Source: Lama glama (Eukaryota). Taken from it: a DNA stretch of 64,000 nt. Of the stretch, positions 37,900 to 49,854 are shown one piece after another. The position numbers and the translations under genes are program-made. Under the pieces are notes generated by a model that saw nothing but the letters and a program-made list of their open reading frames with translations, was not told the origin of the DNA and ran no database searches. The stretch covers positions 12,650,001 through 12,714,000 of the forward strand of contig CM052816.1 of NCBI GenBank assembly GCA_028534125.1, written 5' to 3'. How positions within the stretch are numbered: the first letter of the stretch is position 1; every line of letters begins with the position of its first letter.

Positions 37900-38741
37900 T
37901 ATAAGTGAGCAGGACCCTATGGGGCCTTCCCAGGACAGACCTCTCCCCCATATCCTCTGCTGTAGCTCCTCCCTGAAGTACCCAGGTAATAGTATCTCAT
38001 GTGTTTTTTAGATGCTAAAAACCACCACCAAATGGAAGGACTGGATTAACACTGGGGAATATTGTCATCAGTGACCACCCAGTGTTTGTAGTGGTGTTTG
38101 TAACTGCTTAGCTGTGTGATAGTTTAAAGAGTCTTTGTCGCGCTTCTGCTGACCAGGGTCAGGCTGGAGAGGAGGGGCGTTATTAGGTGGCCTGATCAAC
38201 CCCCTCTTGGTGCTGTGTGCAGGGATCATCTTTGTATCCTGTTGTTGGAGGTGAAGGTGCACATCCCAGCCTGTGCAAATACTGTAGCAAGATGTCCCAG
38301 GACTCAGCCTGCCAGAAATGGTAGAAGCATATACCAGCCTCACTTGAAACTGCGCAAGTTTCTCACTAGAGCACTTTACCACAGGCCCCCTTCCTAAATG
38401 ACCTTTGTTCTAGGCGCAAGAATATTAGGAGTTTCCCAACGCTGCAGGAAAACCTCATACCCAGCACAAGGGGACCATTGCATCTGCAGAAGCAAGAACA
38501 AGTTTGGAACAATGTGTGACCCTGTATGTGATCTCTATGGAAATCAGCACCATCCCTTGAACCCTTGAACTTTTACAGAAAACCCTCTACCTTCTCTCCT
38601 CAGCAGGCTCACAGTCTTAGAGGCCCACTGTGACCTCTGCTGCCTGGCAAAGGAGTAAAGCTGCCTTTTCTGCTTCATCTAAAACTCTGTCCTGCAGCCT
38701 CAATTCAGGAATCGGGGTACGGAGGCCAAGTTTCGGCAACA
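37900..38741 (+). mobile_element. ERV1-like solo LTR, family B copy 2
   Basis: 4-bp TSD TTAC (37896-37899, 38742-38745) and 3' terminus TTTCGGCAACA. Shares extended blocks with 34624-35377. Confidence 0.85.
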
Positions 38742-38984
38742 TTACTATCAAGGACGCTGTGTATGGCCAGCTCGTTGTGTATGGGAATAACGAAGGCAAA
38801 GTCTTCTCAACATAGGCGTGCCTGCTTTTCACCATTTAGGTTTCAACTTAAATATCACCTCCTGAGAAGGACTTTCTAGTGCCGGTCTGTCGGAAGTGGA
38901 TTCTGCCCAGTCAGTCACCCAAACACTCCGCGCGTGCCTTTCCTACCGTTCACTCTGACCTGCGCTGCCTCTGTTTACAGACCC

Positions 38985-39185
38985 CAGGGGCAGACTGCGT
39001 GGGCGCTAATCCCAACGGCAGCAGTTGCTGGCTAAGGGGTCTTAGGCCAGTTACGCAACGTTTTCAAAAAAGTTTTGCATCAGCAAAATAAGGAACTCAG
39101 AAGATTTTGTGAAGATTAAAGGAGTTAACATACGTAAAGGACTGAGAACAGTGCTTGGCACATAGTAAGTGCTTTATGCACACTA
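38985..39185 (+). mobile_element. MIR SINE
   Basis: CAGACTGCGTGGGCGCTAATCCC...TGTGAAGATTAAAGGAGTTAACATACGTAAAGGACTGAGAACAGTGCTTGGCACATAGTAAGTGCT. Confidence 0.75.
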
Positions 39186-39579
39186 GCTAGAACATAAAAG
39201 GCACAGAAACAGAGGTCTTATCTTTCTCACTATGAGAGCCCGAGCCCCAGGCACGTGGGCTGGCCCACAGGAAATGCTTCGTTACCAGCAGTTAACATGG
39301 ACACCCAAACACTGCTTTCCTCAATAATGTCTGAAATCCCCATCATGGGAATCTTCTCGGAGGTCATTTTTCTCCTTGGGTTTTGCCTGCTCCACTTGCT
39401 TTAGGCCCTCCCTGCCCCCACCCCCTTTCTTTTCTCTTCTCTCTCCAGATGCAGGTGCAGACTCATACAACTTGTTCACTTCTGCGTGGCAATTTCGCTG
39501 TGCCCCTGGTCTATCTCTGCAGATCTAACAGCAGGCCTTTTCAGCATATGAGGAGATATCTGTATCTGTTTCTCTGTAT

Positions 39580-39712
39580 CATCATTATATCTCTATTATA
39601 TTACCATTATATTTGTATATATGCAATATGTATATAATATATAAAACCATTGTGTTCATATATATATAAGTATGATATATATGTGATATCATATATGTAT
39701 ATATATGATATT
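39580..39712. repeat. AT-rich low-complexity (TA-based) tract
   Basis: Direct reading. Confidence 0.75.
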
Positions 39713-40989
39713 AGCCATCAAAAGCATATGAATCTGGTTCATCCCCTAAAAGGAAGTATCAGGGCATTTTTTTCACAGCATTCTTTTCTTCCCTTTGTAA
39801 AGGACTTCTTTAAATTTAAAAAAGTTTATGTTAAAGAGAATTATATGAAAATGCAAAAAATTAGAAACCACAGAAATATACATTAGAAAAAAAAGTATGT
39901 CATATGATATATTAGAAAATATGGAAAATTAGAAATTAGAAAGGAAAATATAGTTTAAATTCACCCACAGACCCACCACTTAGTATATATACATACCATA
40001 TTTTATATATATATATAAAATCACTGTCAATTTTTGGTATATTTCCTCTGTTTACTTTGCTGTTCTCTATGGCTTTGGCTTCTGCAGGGGGATGTGTGTG
40101 TGTGTCTGCATGAGAGAGAGACAGCAGAGGTGTAACCAGCCATATTGCATCATGCTCTTCTCACTCAAAACTTTGTTTTTAAAGGAAGTGTAATACTCAT
40201 CTATCCATCCCACAGATATGATTGAGTGTCTGTCAAGTGGCGGGCACCAGACTGAGGCTGCACCAGGAAGAAGACAAGGCTTATCAGATCCCGAGGTTTG
40301 CTCTCTTACCCACTTACCCACCCAGCCGCCATCTGTTCACACCACTGATTTGTGAAGGATTTAAAGCAGGGCCTCAGGAATTTACCATATAAATTCCACA
40401 TGGGGCCTCCCATTAAAATTGCAGACCTCTTTCTGCCAAGTGCACTCTGGTTATTGCAAAACTGAAAGGAGGGTTACGTGGAAAGTGTTTCTCTTCCTCC
40501 TCACGATGACTGTACGAACCTCAGAGAATGGATTTTACAGCTGAGGCTAATTACACGGTATTAAGTGTTACTCAGGGAATAGCCTGCTGCCTGCGGCTGC
40601 TCAGAAACTCTCGGCCCCTCCCAGCTTGTGCTCTGGCTGTTCTGGGTCTGTTGCCCACCGTCACACAAACTGTGCCCAACTCAGAAGCTCTTGAGAGAAA
40701 GGACTTGTTCTTCTTGGCTTCCTTCAGTGCCTTGAACATCCAACTCTTTCCTACCTTGGAGCTTTTCTTCTGTCCAGATGCTCTTCCAGAACTAGCCACC
40801 CAAATGCCATTCCGAGGTCACAGTCACTACCTCCGAGTCTTCCCTGAGCCACCTGATGCGAAGGAGGTCCCTTGTGTTATTCTTTCTTCCAGCGCTTGAG
40901 TTTGTCCGTGGGTTTTCCCTTCATTTCACCTGTCAAAATTATCCAATATTCTCTTGTTTGCTCTTTTATTTAACATCCACTTTGGGCAT

Positions 40990-41810
40990 CCATTTAAATA
41001 TATTGAATATTTTATTCAATTAATTAACATATTTATATGTATACTTTAATTTGAGTATGTTGTTTTGTGTGCAGGTATTTTTTAATTTGGACTAATAGTA
41101 CTTGATTATTTATCTTATTCTGTTTTCTCCTTTTCTCACTTTGCTTGATGTACCATTCTAGTCTCTTTTCTGACTGCCACATGACAGTCTACGGTGCAGA
41201 ACTATCACATTTCCCTCCTTCTTTCTCCCAGTGATGGGTACCTCCCGTTTCCTGCCGCTGCAGACAACATTTCTAAGCAAACCTCAGCTAAGTCCTTTTG
41301 TGCGCCTGGGAGAGAAATCCACTGGCATGTACACACTAGAACAGTATTTCTGAGTCACTGAGTTTGTGTAAGACTAAATGTACCAAACTGGGACAAATTT
41401 CTCTGCCAAAAGTTGCAGTGGTCAGTACTCCCACCCCAGAAATGCATGCGGGTCACCGCATGCCCTCATTCCTGCCAGCCCTTGGCAATATCCAGCTTGC
41501 TGATTTCTGCCAACTTAATGGATAGGAAGTTATATGTAATTTTGTTTTCATTTGAATTTCTCCTAGCTCTCCATTTCTGTAAATTTCCTATTCGGATCTC
41601 ACTACCATTTGCCATCTTTTTCTTATTAATTTTAGGAGTTCCTTGCATATTCTAAATATTTCTCTCTCTCTCTCTGACATTATAAATGTCTTCTCACATT
41701 CTGCCACCCTTCTTTTAAATGTGTCCAATATGTCCATGGTGTCATTCATTGACACATACTCAATCTTGATAAAATTCATTATCATTTAAAACTTTATATG
41801 TGTTTTTAGA
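40990..41810 (-). mobile_element. Old L1 (L1ME-like) antisense fragment
   Basis: TACTCCCACCCCAGAAATGCATG...CATTCCTGCCAGCCCTTGGCAATATC...TTTCTGCCAACTTAATGG...AGGAGTTCCTTGCATATTCTAAATATT. Confidence 0.65.
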
Positions 41811-42371
41811 GGTTTCTTTATATCTGGCTCATGTTTTAGCCTCATTTGTCTCTACTGTACTTCCTCCCTGCAGTTAGAGAAGAGGGCTACCAGTAGTTCC
41901 AAGGTTATAGTGTCCCAGATTTGCAACTAAGCCATCGAAAGTGCTGGACTGAGTCTCTCTGCCTAGCCTGTTCCGTGCCTACCCTGTTTGGCCAAGCCAG
42001 CATAACCCTTGCTTACTTCTGAAATCAGGAGCAGGGCGAGTTCAACCCCATCCAAAACACATGGATGAAGAGTTGGGAATGAAGTGGGTTTCTTCAAGGA
42101 ATATCAAGGCATCATTTTCAGAAGAAGGGAAATGAATTCTGGGTGAAGCAATGGATGTCCACTAGAAATGTAACTGCCTTTCTTACTGCCCATCAGATAA
42201 ATTAATATTGTCACATTCTCCAAATACCTTTCCTAGTCTCCATTCCCAATCAAATACCTCTTCAACATTCCATAGCATTCTCAACCCATCTGATGATACA
42301 CAGGGATTTGATCCCTGAAATGGGTAATCCAGTCAGGAGGAGGGAACCAAGGAGGCCACCCAGACCAGTGT

Positions 42372-42673
42372 CTTCTCTTTCTTTTTCTTTCCTTCCCTTC
42401 CCTTATTTTGTTTTTCTAAGTATAGTCAGTTTATAATGTGTTAATTTCTAGTATATAGCCTAGTGATTTAGTTATACAAACATATGTATATATACTTTTC
42501 ATATTCTGTTTCACCATAAGTTACTACAAGATACTGAATATAGTTCCCTGTGCTATACAGTATAAACTTGTTTATTTTGTATATAGTATTTAGTATCTGT
42601 GAATCCCGAACTCCCAGTTTATCCCTCCACCCTCCCCTTTCCCCCTTGGTAACCGTAAGCTGGTTTTCTATGT
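42372..42673 (-). mobile_element. 5'-truncated cetartiodactyl-type L1 3' end
   Basis: Pyrimidine-rich tail plus L1 3'UTR, with a perfect 11-bp TSD CAGACCAGTGT at 42361-42371 and 42674-42684. Confidence 0.88.
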
Positions 42674-42999
42674 CAGACCAGTGTTTTACAAACCAGGCTA
42701 AGCCTTAGAATCACGACGTGAGCTTTAAAAATATAGACTCCTGGGCTCGGCCTCAGAACTGCGAAAATGAAAACTCTGTGGAGCAGAAACCTGAAAAGTG
42801 TGATTTAAAATCATACTAGTTGCCAGTCTGGTGATGGAGAATTCCAGTGAGAATCACAATCCCCTCGCCTCACAGGGAGGACTGAGGGAATCTAGGACCG
42901 TCCTCAGGAAAGTGCAGAATGAGCTTGGGGCTCCTGTTCTGTTTAGCTGGGGCTGCTGTATGTGTGGCTTTTCTTGCTCCTGGACATGGAGCTCTCTCT

Positions 43000-43447
43000 C
43001 TTTTTTGTGATTCAGCTTAATTTATTATTTAAAAAAAGTTTAATTGAAGTATTGTTGATGTACAATAGTATATAATTTTCTGGTGTATAATATAGTGATT
43101 CACAATTTTTAAAGGCTATACTCCATTTATGGTTATAAAATATTGGCTATATCCCCCGTGTTGCATAATATATCCTTGTAGCTTATTTTATACCTCATAA
43201 TTTGTACCTCCTAATCCCTACCCCACATTGCTCCTCCCCCTTTTCCTTTCCCCACTAGTAACCACTAGTTTGTTCTCTACATCTGTGAGTCTGCATTTTT
43301 TTTTCTTTATCAGACTTTTTTTTTTTAAATGAAGTATAGTCAGTTCACAGCGTGTCAGTTTCTGGTGTACAGTGTAATGTCTCAGTCATACATATACGTA
43401 CATATATTCGTTTTCATATTCTTTTTCATTATAGGCTATCACATTGA
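43000..43447 (-). mobile_element. Two tandem L1 3' ends (~43000-43295 and ~43296-43447)
   Basis: Two separate T-tails, each followed by TGAAGTAT(T/A)GT... L1 3'UTR sequence of different subfamilies. Confidence 0.8.
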
Positions 43448-43650
43448 ACTCTCTTTGGACTCTCTGGAAAAGAGGCTGGTGAACACAAATGAAACTATCT
43501 CAGGATTTATCATCTGACAAAAAAACTCAGGCTCTCACCTCTGTGCTTTATTGTGCTCAGAAATCCAGCCAGGCCCTGCAACCATGGAAACACAAATCCT
43601 ACAGTCCACACCAACTCTGAGAACAGCTCTCCTGGACATCTCCAGAACAT

Positions 43651-44417
43651 TGTTACTGAACCAAAACGTGGGTCTGCTCACCTGCGCACAGTAAAGCCAA
43701 TCTACTGACACGAGGTTGTGTTGAAGGAAAGTGCAGCGTTTATTGTAAGGTACATACAGGGAGTTTAGGACAGCTAATGCTCAAAAAGCCCGAATTCCCT
43801 GATGGGTTTGAGGAAGGCATTGGTTTTTTTTTAAATTGAGGGTCTACTTTTTTTTTTTTAATTTGATTTACAACGTTGTGTTAGTTTCTGGTGTACAGCA
43901 TAGTGATTTGGTTATACATATATAGATATATTCTTTTTCATATTCTTTTTTCATTATAGGTTATTACAAGCTATTGAATATAGCTCCCTGTGCTATACAG
44001 TGGGACCTTGTTGTTTATCGATTCTGTATGTAGTAGTTTGCATCTGTTAATCCCAAATTCCTAATTTATCCCTCCCCCCACCTTCTCCTGTTTTCAAAGG
44101 CCAGGTGAGGGAGGGGCACCCCAGGGTACCTGATCAGCTCGTGCATAAGTCTCTGATTGGTTGATGACAAATAACAAGAGGGCAGTGTCACAGGTGTTAA
44201 CATCATCAATCCTCAGGCTCCAGTAGGTCTGGGGGCTACGTGCTCATGATCATCAAGTAATTAATTCCTTCCATTTGGTGGGGGTTTTAGCATCTGTAAA
44301 CAACTCGGGAAATGTGCATCAGATACTATTATCTAGGTACTTCAGACAAGAGCTAAAGCAGGGATGCTGGGGAGGGGGTCTGTCCAGGGAAGACCCCAGA
44401 GGGTTCTGCTGGTTATA
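43651..44417 (-). mobile_element. ERV1-like solo LTR, family C, interrupted by an L1 3' end (~43824-44090)
   Basis: Left terminus TGTTACTGAA and TSD ACAT/GCAT (43647-43650, 44418-44421). The reverse complement of the right end aligns with the 5' end of the 37900 LTR. Confidence 0.82.
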
Positions 44418-44791
44418 GCATCTCCTGATGCCCGCGGAAGTCGTAGAATGCTTCTTGGGCTTTTTCTGCAGTGTTGTAGGTGTTAGGGGCCAGGCTTTGG
44501 AAGTCAATCATTCCTGACTCAAATCTTGGCCCTGTCCCTTACCAGGTGTGTGACCCGAGGTGCTCTCTGGACCTCAGAGGTTCTATGTGAGGATGAAAGA
44601 GAATCGTGCATTTCAAGTGTAAGCCCAGAACCTCACACAAAGGAGGCGCTCAGCAAACCGCTGGGGAGCGGCTACTGCTGAGCATGTCCAGTTTGCTGGC
44701 TGGTCCCTGTGCAGGGTACAGGGCCATGGAGGTGAGGAAAACGTAGGTTCTGCCCTCCGCAATCTCAGCCATATGAGAATAAAAGATTACC

Positions 44792-44860
44792 GGGGGAGGG
44801 TAATAGCTTAGTGGTAGAGCGAATGCTTAGCATGTACGAGGTCCCGGGTTCAATCCCCAG
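44792..44860 (+). mobile_element. tRNA-Ala-derived SINE head lacking its tail
   Basis: GGGGGAGGGTAATAGCTTAGTGGTAGAGCGAATGCTTAGCATGTACGAGGTCCCGGGTTCAATCCCCAG, then an abrupt switch to GC-rich unique sequence. Confidence 0.85.
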
Positions 44861-47004
44861 GGTTGCGGCCTCCCTGACCTGGCCACTTACCTGGCTGGGA
44901 GCCATAACGCTAACCCCACCCCACAGGTCTGCAGCAGACGCGGCCGGGTGCTGGTCCTGAGACAGACGCTGCCCCTCGGCCGCCAGCCCAGTGCGGCCCC
45001 GGCCCACAGCCCAGGTGGAAGAAACCAGTCGGCGCCACACGGACTTGGCTTCCTTCCACCAACAGAGGAGGTTTGTTGTCTTTTGCTGTAGAAGACCCAC
45101 TTCTTTTCCCCTCCCTCCAACCTCATCCCTGCAGAGCCTAGGCTCTGCTTGGCAGTAAAATCTTCCTAGTCCCTGCTCAGTCTTTAGCATCTTACTCTGT
45201 ATAAGTTTCCTCGAGTTAAGATGGATGTTTACCCAAAGTATTGTACAGGGGAGGCAAACTCATACGGCCTGGGGCTTAGAGAGCACCTAGTACCCGATGA
45301 CAGGTGGGACCTCCATTTTGACTCCCATCACACGAGAGCACGCTGCACAGAGGTGAGTCCTTCAGCTGGTGGGGGAGCCTCTCTAAGCACCCAGCACCCC
45401 TGTCTATCACGGTGTTTTTAGCTTCTACTCACTAAGAGACTTTCGCATCGGCAGTGAGAATGGATGGGTTAATGTTTTTCAAGTGTCGCTCATGTATCTG
45501 AGATGTCAGTTTGTATATTTCTGTGGTGGGAAAATATTTGAACCTCCTGCTGTGTTTTCGCCAGCGTTTCCCGTGAACTCCTTGATTCTTCCCTAACTTG
45601 GGCCACCAAGCTAAGAGATTGCCTCCGGGAGGAGGAGACCACAGCAAAGCCTTTTGAGTTTTTTAAACTATGCTTTTGCATTTCACAGTGTAGGATCTGA
45701 GGGGGGACTGGGCACAGAGAAGGCAGGAGCAAAGCTTCCTAGCCTTCCAGACTAGAATTAAGAGTAGGTGAGAAAAAAAAAAAAAGAAACACATTAGGAA
45801 GTTTTAATTAGAATTAAATTTGCAGCTAATAAATACAAAGTATCTTAAAGAAAACCAACTGGGTTTGGAAACTCTTCAAAAGAAAAATATTCAGTATTAA
45901 GCAGTGACCCCAACTGGCCTTTTGAAGAGAAAGAGGCCTAAGGAGGGACCACATATTCTAAACTTTGGGAGATGCTTCTGAGGTGGAATTGTTCACTGAC
46001 AGTGTAAGATCTGAGGAAAAGGCATTCAGTGGGGGAAGTTTAAGACTCTTATTTTTGAGGGGTCGAGGGAGAGAGTTATTGCTGTTTGAAACATCCAAGG
46101 GAGAAAATTTGACCAAACCTTGAAATAAACTTAAAAAGTCTTTGACCATAGTGGAAAACATTGGGTGGGGGGGAAGAAAGAAAGAAAAAAAGAAAAGAAA
46201 AAAGAGTAGGTGAGGAGGAGAGTGAAGTAAGGAAGCTTAGAATCAAGGAAATATCTGAAAACATGGCCCTTTAAGCTCCCTTCCCCCTCGCTCCCACCCC
46301 CACCAACCTATGCCCAGGTGGATAAAATTTTGACAGTAGGATGATAAACACCCAGGTAGGTTTGGGAGATCAGAGGGAAGAGAGGGGCTGTGTCCTGATT
46401 CTGGTTTTGCTCTGGGAAAGGATGAGACCTCCGAGTAGAATTAGCGATGTGGCCCTTGCAGGAAGAAGGAACTAGGACGGAAAAGGACAGTGCTTCTAGG
46501 CATGGCTTGAAAAGGGGAGGAAGTTTCCCGCGCCCCTGGCAGGGCTCAGCAATCAGATAGACAGGACATCAAAGGAGCCCTGGGTCAGGAACAAGCCCCA
46601 CCCAGAAATTCCTTGTGGCTTGAGGGACTGAGATCCGGTGGGGCTGAGGGTGTCAAAGCAGAGGAGAACATGAGCAGATAACCCTGCCCCGAAGCCTGGG
46701 CGCTACACTACCCCTCCCCCAGGAAAGCAGCAGGGGTACACCATGAATTGACTGATACTGGGTTTCTGCCTCCTGCTGGAAAGAGGCTCATAACAGAATT
46801 ACGTTATGGAAAAATAGTTAAAATTCTTGCACACTGGGGTTTGTACTCGGTGGCAGTTATGAGTTTAGATAATCATGATAATTTTTGGGGTATTGTCTTC
46901 CTTGGATGTCAGGTGTCATATTTCTCTACATTGCATCGCCTATATCATGGGACTGTGCACAAAGAAAGTGATAGAGATTTTTAATGTGTGTGTCTGGGTG
47001 GGGG

Positions 47005-47530
47005 TACAACTTTGGCTTCTCTTCTTAGAATAATATTTTTAAATGCATAAAGATGATAGGCTTACAAAGAACTAATCATATGGAAATAAAGTTAGCAAAA
47101 TATCTAAAAAACAAATTTATGATGTAGGAATCATGCCATTTGTTGCTCATCAACTAAATGACAAGATCTAGCAGCAAATCAATTAAACATAATGTCAAAG
47201 TGGTGATAAGTATAAACAATATTAACAGATACCTACAAGTAATATATGAAAGTATCTGATTTGTACTGATGACAAAGTCACAGATTACTTATACTACTGT
47301 GGCTCATTACTTATTATTTTGTTACATGCATGATTAAAGAAAGATTTTTTTTAATTGAAGTATAGTAAGTTAACTGTGTTGTGTCAATTTCTGGTGTATA
47401 GCATAATGTTTCACTAAGAAAGATTCATTTTAGTTAGAGGTTAATGAAAAGAAAGATGTAATTTTTCTCATCCAAGTTCAAAGATCTCCTGGATTCTGCC
47501 CATGAACTCGTGGGATCTGCAGACCCCTGT
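47005..47530. mobile_element. hAT-Charlie-like DNA transposon fragment with a ~70-bp L1 tail insertion
   Basis: CTTAGAATAATATTTTTAAATGCATAAA...ACAAGATCTAGCAGC...TTAGTTAGAGGTTAATGAAAAGAAAGATGTAATTTTT. The L1 piece 47347-47415 is bounded by TSD AAGAAAGATT. Confidence 0.55.
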
Positions 47531-49161
47531 AACATTTCACTTTCTTTATTGACCAAAGACTTAATCTGAACCTTTCAAAAACCCCACCAGACTCCATTTG
47601 AGAGGAAGAAGTTGGGGGGGGGGCTGCAGAGTTAGTATCACCTAAAATAATTCCTCTTAACACAGTTTCCAGGAGATTTAGGGGTAGCCAGTTCTCAGCA
47701 GTTCCCTCTACATTCATTATCATCCAAGATCACAAATTTAGGAGATCATAATCCTAGGCAAGTGTTGGGAGTATAGACAAAAATACCCAAACTGGCCAGG
47801 GGCTGATTTTTAAATAAAAAGTAATTCTCTGGCCTTGTAAGCAGAATAAATTTCTTAGAGAGAAGGTGCTTATGTTCCCTGGTGTCCCTAGGGCGGTAAC
47901 TAGAAAATGGCAGAAGGTTGACAAATGCTGTTTGGATGAATCAGTTAATTGATGGATCATGCAAAAACACTGAATTTCAGTCTGGGGCAAGGAGGTGGGC
48001 ACCTAAGTATAAATTCCATAGCAGTGACCTTGGCAAAGAGAAGGAGCTTGATGAAGGTCAGCTAGTGGTGTTTTTACTTTATAAGGCATTCTTTTTGTAT
48101 CCAAGTACCTAGTCCTGTAGCCTTCGAAAATGAATGTAGCTTTCCAGGGGACTTCTTTATCTCTAGGGTTTGGATAGGAATTTGGTAAATGTGGTAAATG
48201 GGCTGTATCATCAGTAAATGCACAATAGTTGGTGTTACTATGATCTCACATAACAAATTCAATAGTTTTAGTTTCATTACTATTAGTGTTAATCAAGGCA
48301 CGAGTCAGATTTGGTATGTATTAGAATCATAAGAACACTTGAAAATACTCATTCCCCAAGATCTCACAGAATCAGCATTTTTGGAGAGGGGCCCAGAACC
48401 TACCTTTTGTAAAAGCTATCAAGGGACTTGGAAAGGAAGCCAGGGTTGGGAAATTGGAGCCCAGAAGGAAACCAAGTTATTATTGTCAATATATTAAAAC
48501 ATGACTTTAATGCAAACAGTGAGCACTTGTCAAGGTTTTACGTCCTCAGGAGAGAATACAAGAATACATTGAATGTATCCATGAGAGAACAAGAATGACA
48601 AAGCAAGTTCCACGGACGCCAGGAAAAACTGGGATCCTAGAGAAGGCGGAAAATGATGAGTGAGGCTGAGAATAAGGATGCTCAGTTGGTTACAAAACTT
48701 GCGGATGCCTTTTAGGATAATAAAAACCATACATTTCTGGATAATATTTTTTTCTACCGGATGGAAGAGAAAATCATTGTACTTGTTCATTTTTCTGGAA
48801 GTTAACCTCTCACTTAACAGAGTTGTAAAATGCCTAGTTCTTAATCAACAGTAAACAGAAACTCAAAAAAAAAAATTGACTCCCCCATCTGCAAAGTAAA
48901 CACGTCAACCTGATTAATTTCCTTCATCTCGAAAGTCTGAAGTACTTACATGTACTCGGGTATAAAATGCGGGCTATAATTTGTATTTCATGTTAGATTT
49001 TTGTACTGGGAGATGGAGTAACAATCCTTGTACTGCCCCCTCAAAGATAGTTGCTGTGGTGGGGAGAGGGCAAGATGGGTAAACGGGGCCAACTGGATGG
49101 TGACAGACGGAAATGAGAGTTTGGGGAGTGGGCACAAGTAGTGTATACAGAAGTCAAAATA

Positions 49162-49301
49162 CAGCTGACCCTTGAACAACTCTGGGTTAGTGGTGCCAAC
49201 CCGCCATGGATCGTGTCATATTGTACTGTATATTTTCTGGAAAAAAATTTTATATAATTTGACCCACACAGTTCAAACCTGTGTTGTTCAAGGGTCAACT
49301 A
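49162..49301. mobile_element. Tigger2-type (TcMar) MITE, 140 bp
   Basis: 19-bp TIRs CAGCTGACCCTTGAACAAC / GTTGTTCAAGGGTCAACTA and TA target duplication (49160-49161, 49302-49303). Confidence 0.88.
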
Positions 49302-49337
49302 TATAAGTTTGTACACATGATATTTATATAAAGTTAT

Positions 49338-49854
49338 TGATACTGAGTCCAAACTCATTCTGTTCACTGCATGACAGGCCAATAAATTGGGAGAGGAGGT
49401 ACTGGGGCAAGGAATAACGACTTTATTTGGAAAGCCAGCAGACTGAGAAGATGGGGAACTAACGTCCTAGAGAACCATCTTCCCCAAGTCAGAATTCAGG
49501 CTCCGTTTATACTAAAAAGTGGAGGGGGTGTGGTTGGTGGTTGCAAACTTCTTGGTGTCAGAATCCCTTGTTCTTGCAACTGTCCGCTTAGGTCAGGCCC
49601 TGATATTCCTGCAAACCTCCAACGAGGCAAAAGTTATTCTCTGTTCTGCAATTTTTTTTTTAATCTCTCTATGAATAGAATGGTCTTTTAAGACCAGAGC
49701 CTCGAAGATGGGCTATCCTGTATACTTCACACTACAGGGACATTCTTCTACAAAAGGTGCAGAACCAGCATGACCAAGCACAGGAAACAGAGCGCAGGGT
49801 TAGAGCTAAAAGAACAGGTCTAATGTGGAGTCACATTTGTTCTTCCTGGTTACA
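49338..49854 (-). mobile_element. ERV1-like solo LTR, family A copy 2
   Basis: TG...CA termini and 4-bp TSD TTAT (49334-49337, 49855-49858). Same length (517 bp) as, and colinear with, 33467-33983. Confidence 0.88.

Noticed and set aside
44885..44910. Resemblance to the U1 snRNA 5' end (ACTTACCTGGC..GGGAG)
   Set aside because: Similarity ends after ~17-25 nt, with no further U1 stem-loops or Sm site. It is better explained as a minus-strand consensus splice donor.
33467..49854. A single 16-kb provirus bounded by the two family-A LTRs
   Set aside because: Each LTR has its own 4-bp TSD, and I saw no gag/pol/env remnants between them, only older repeats.
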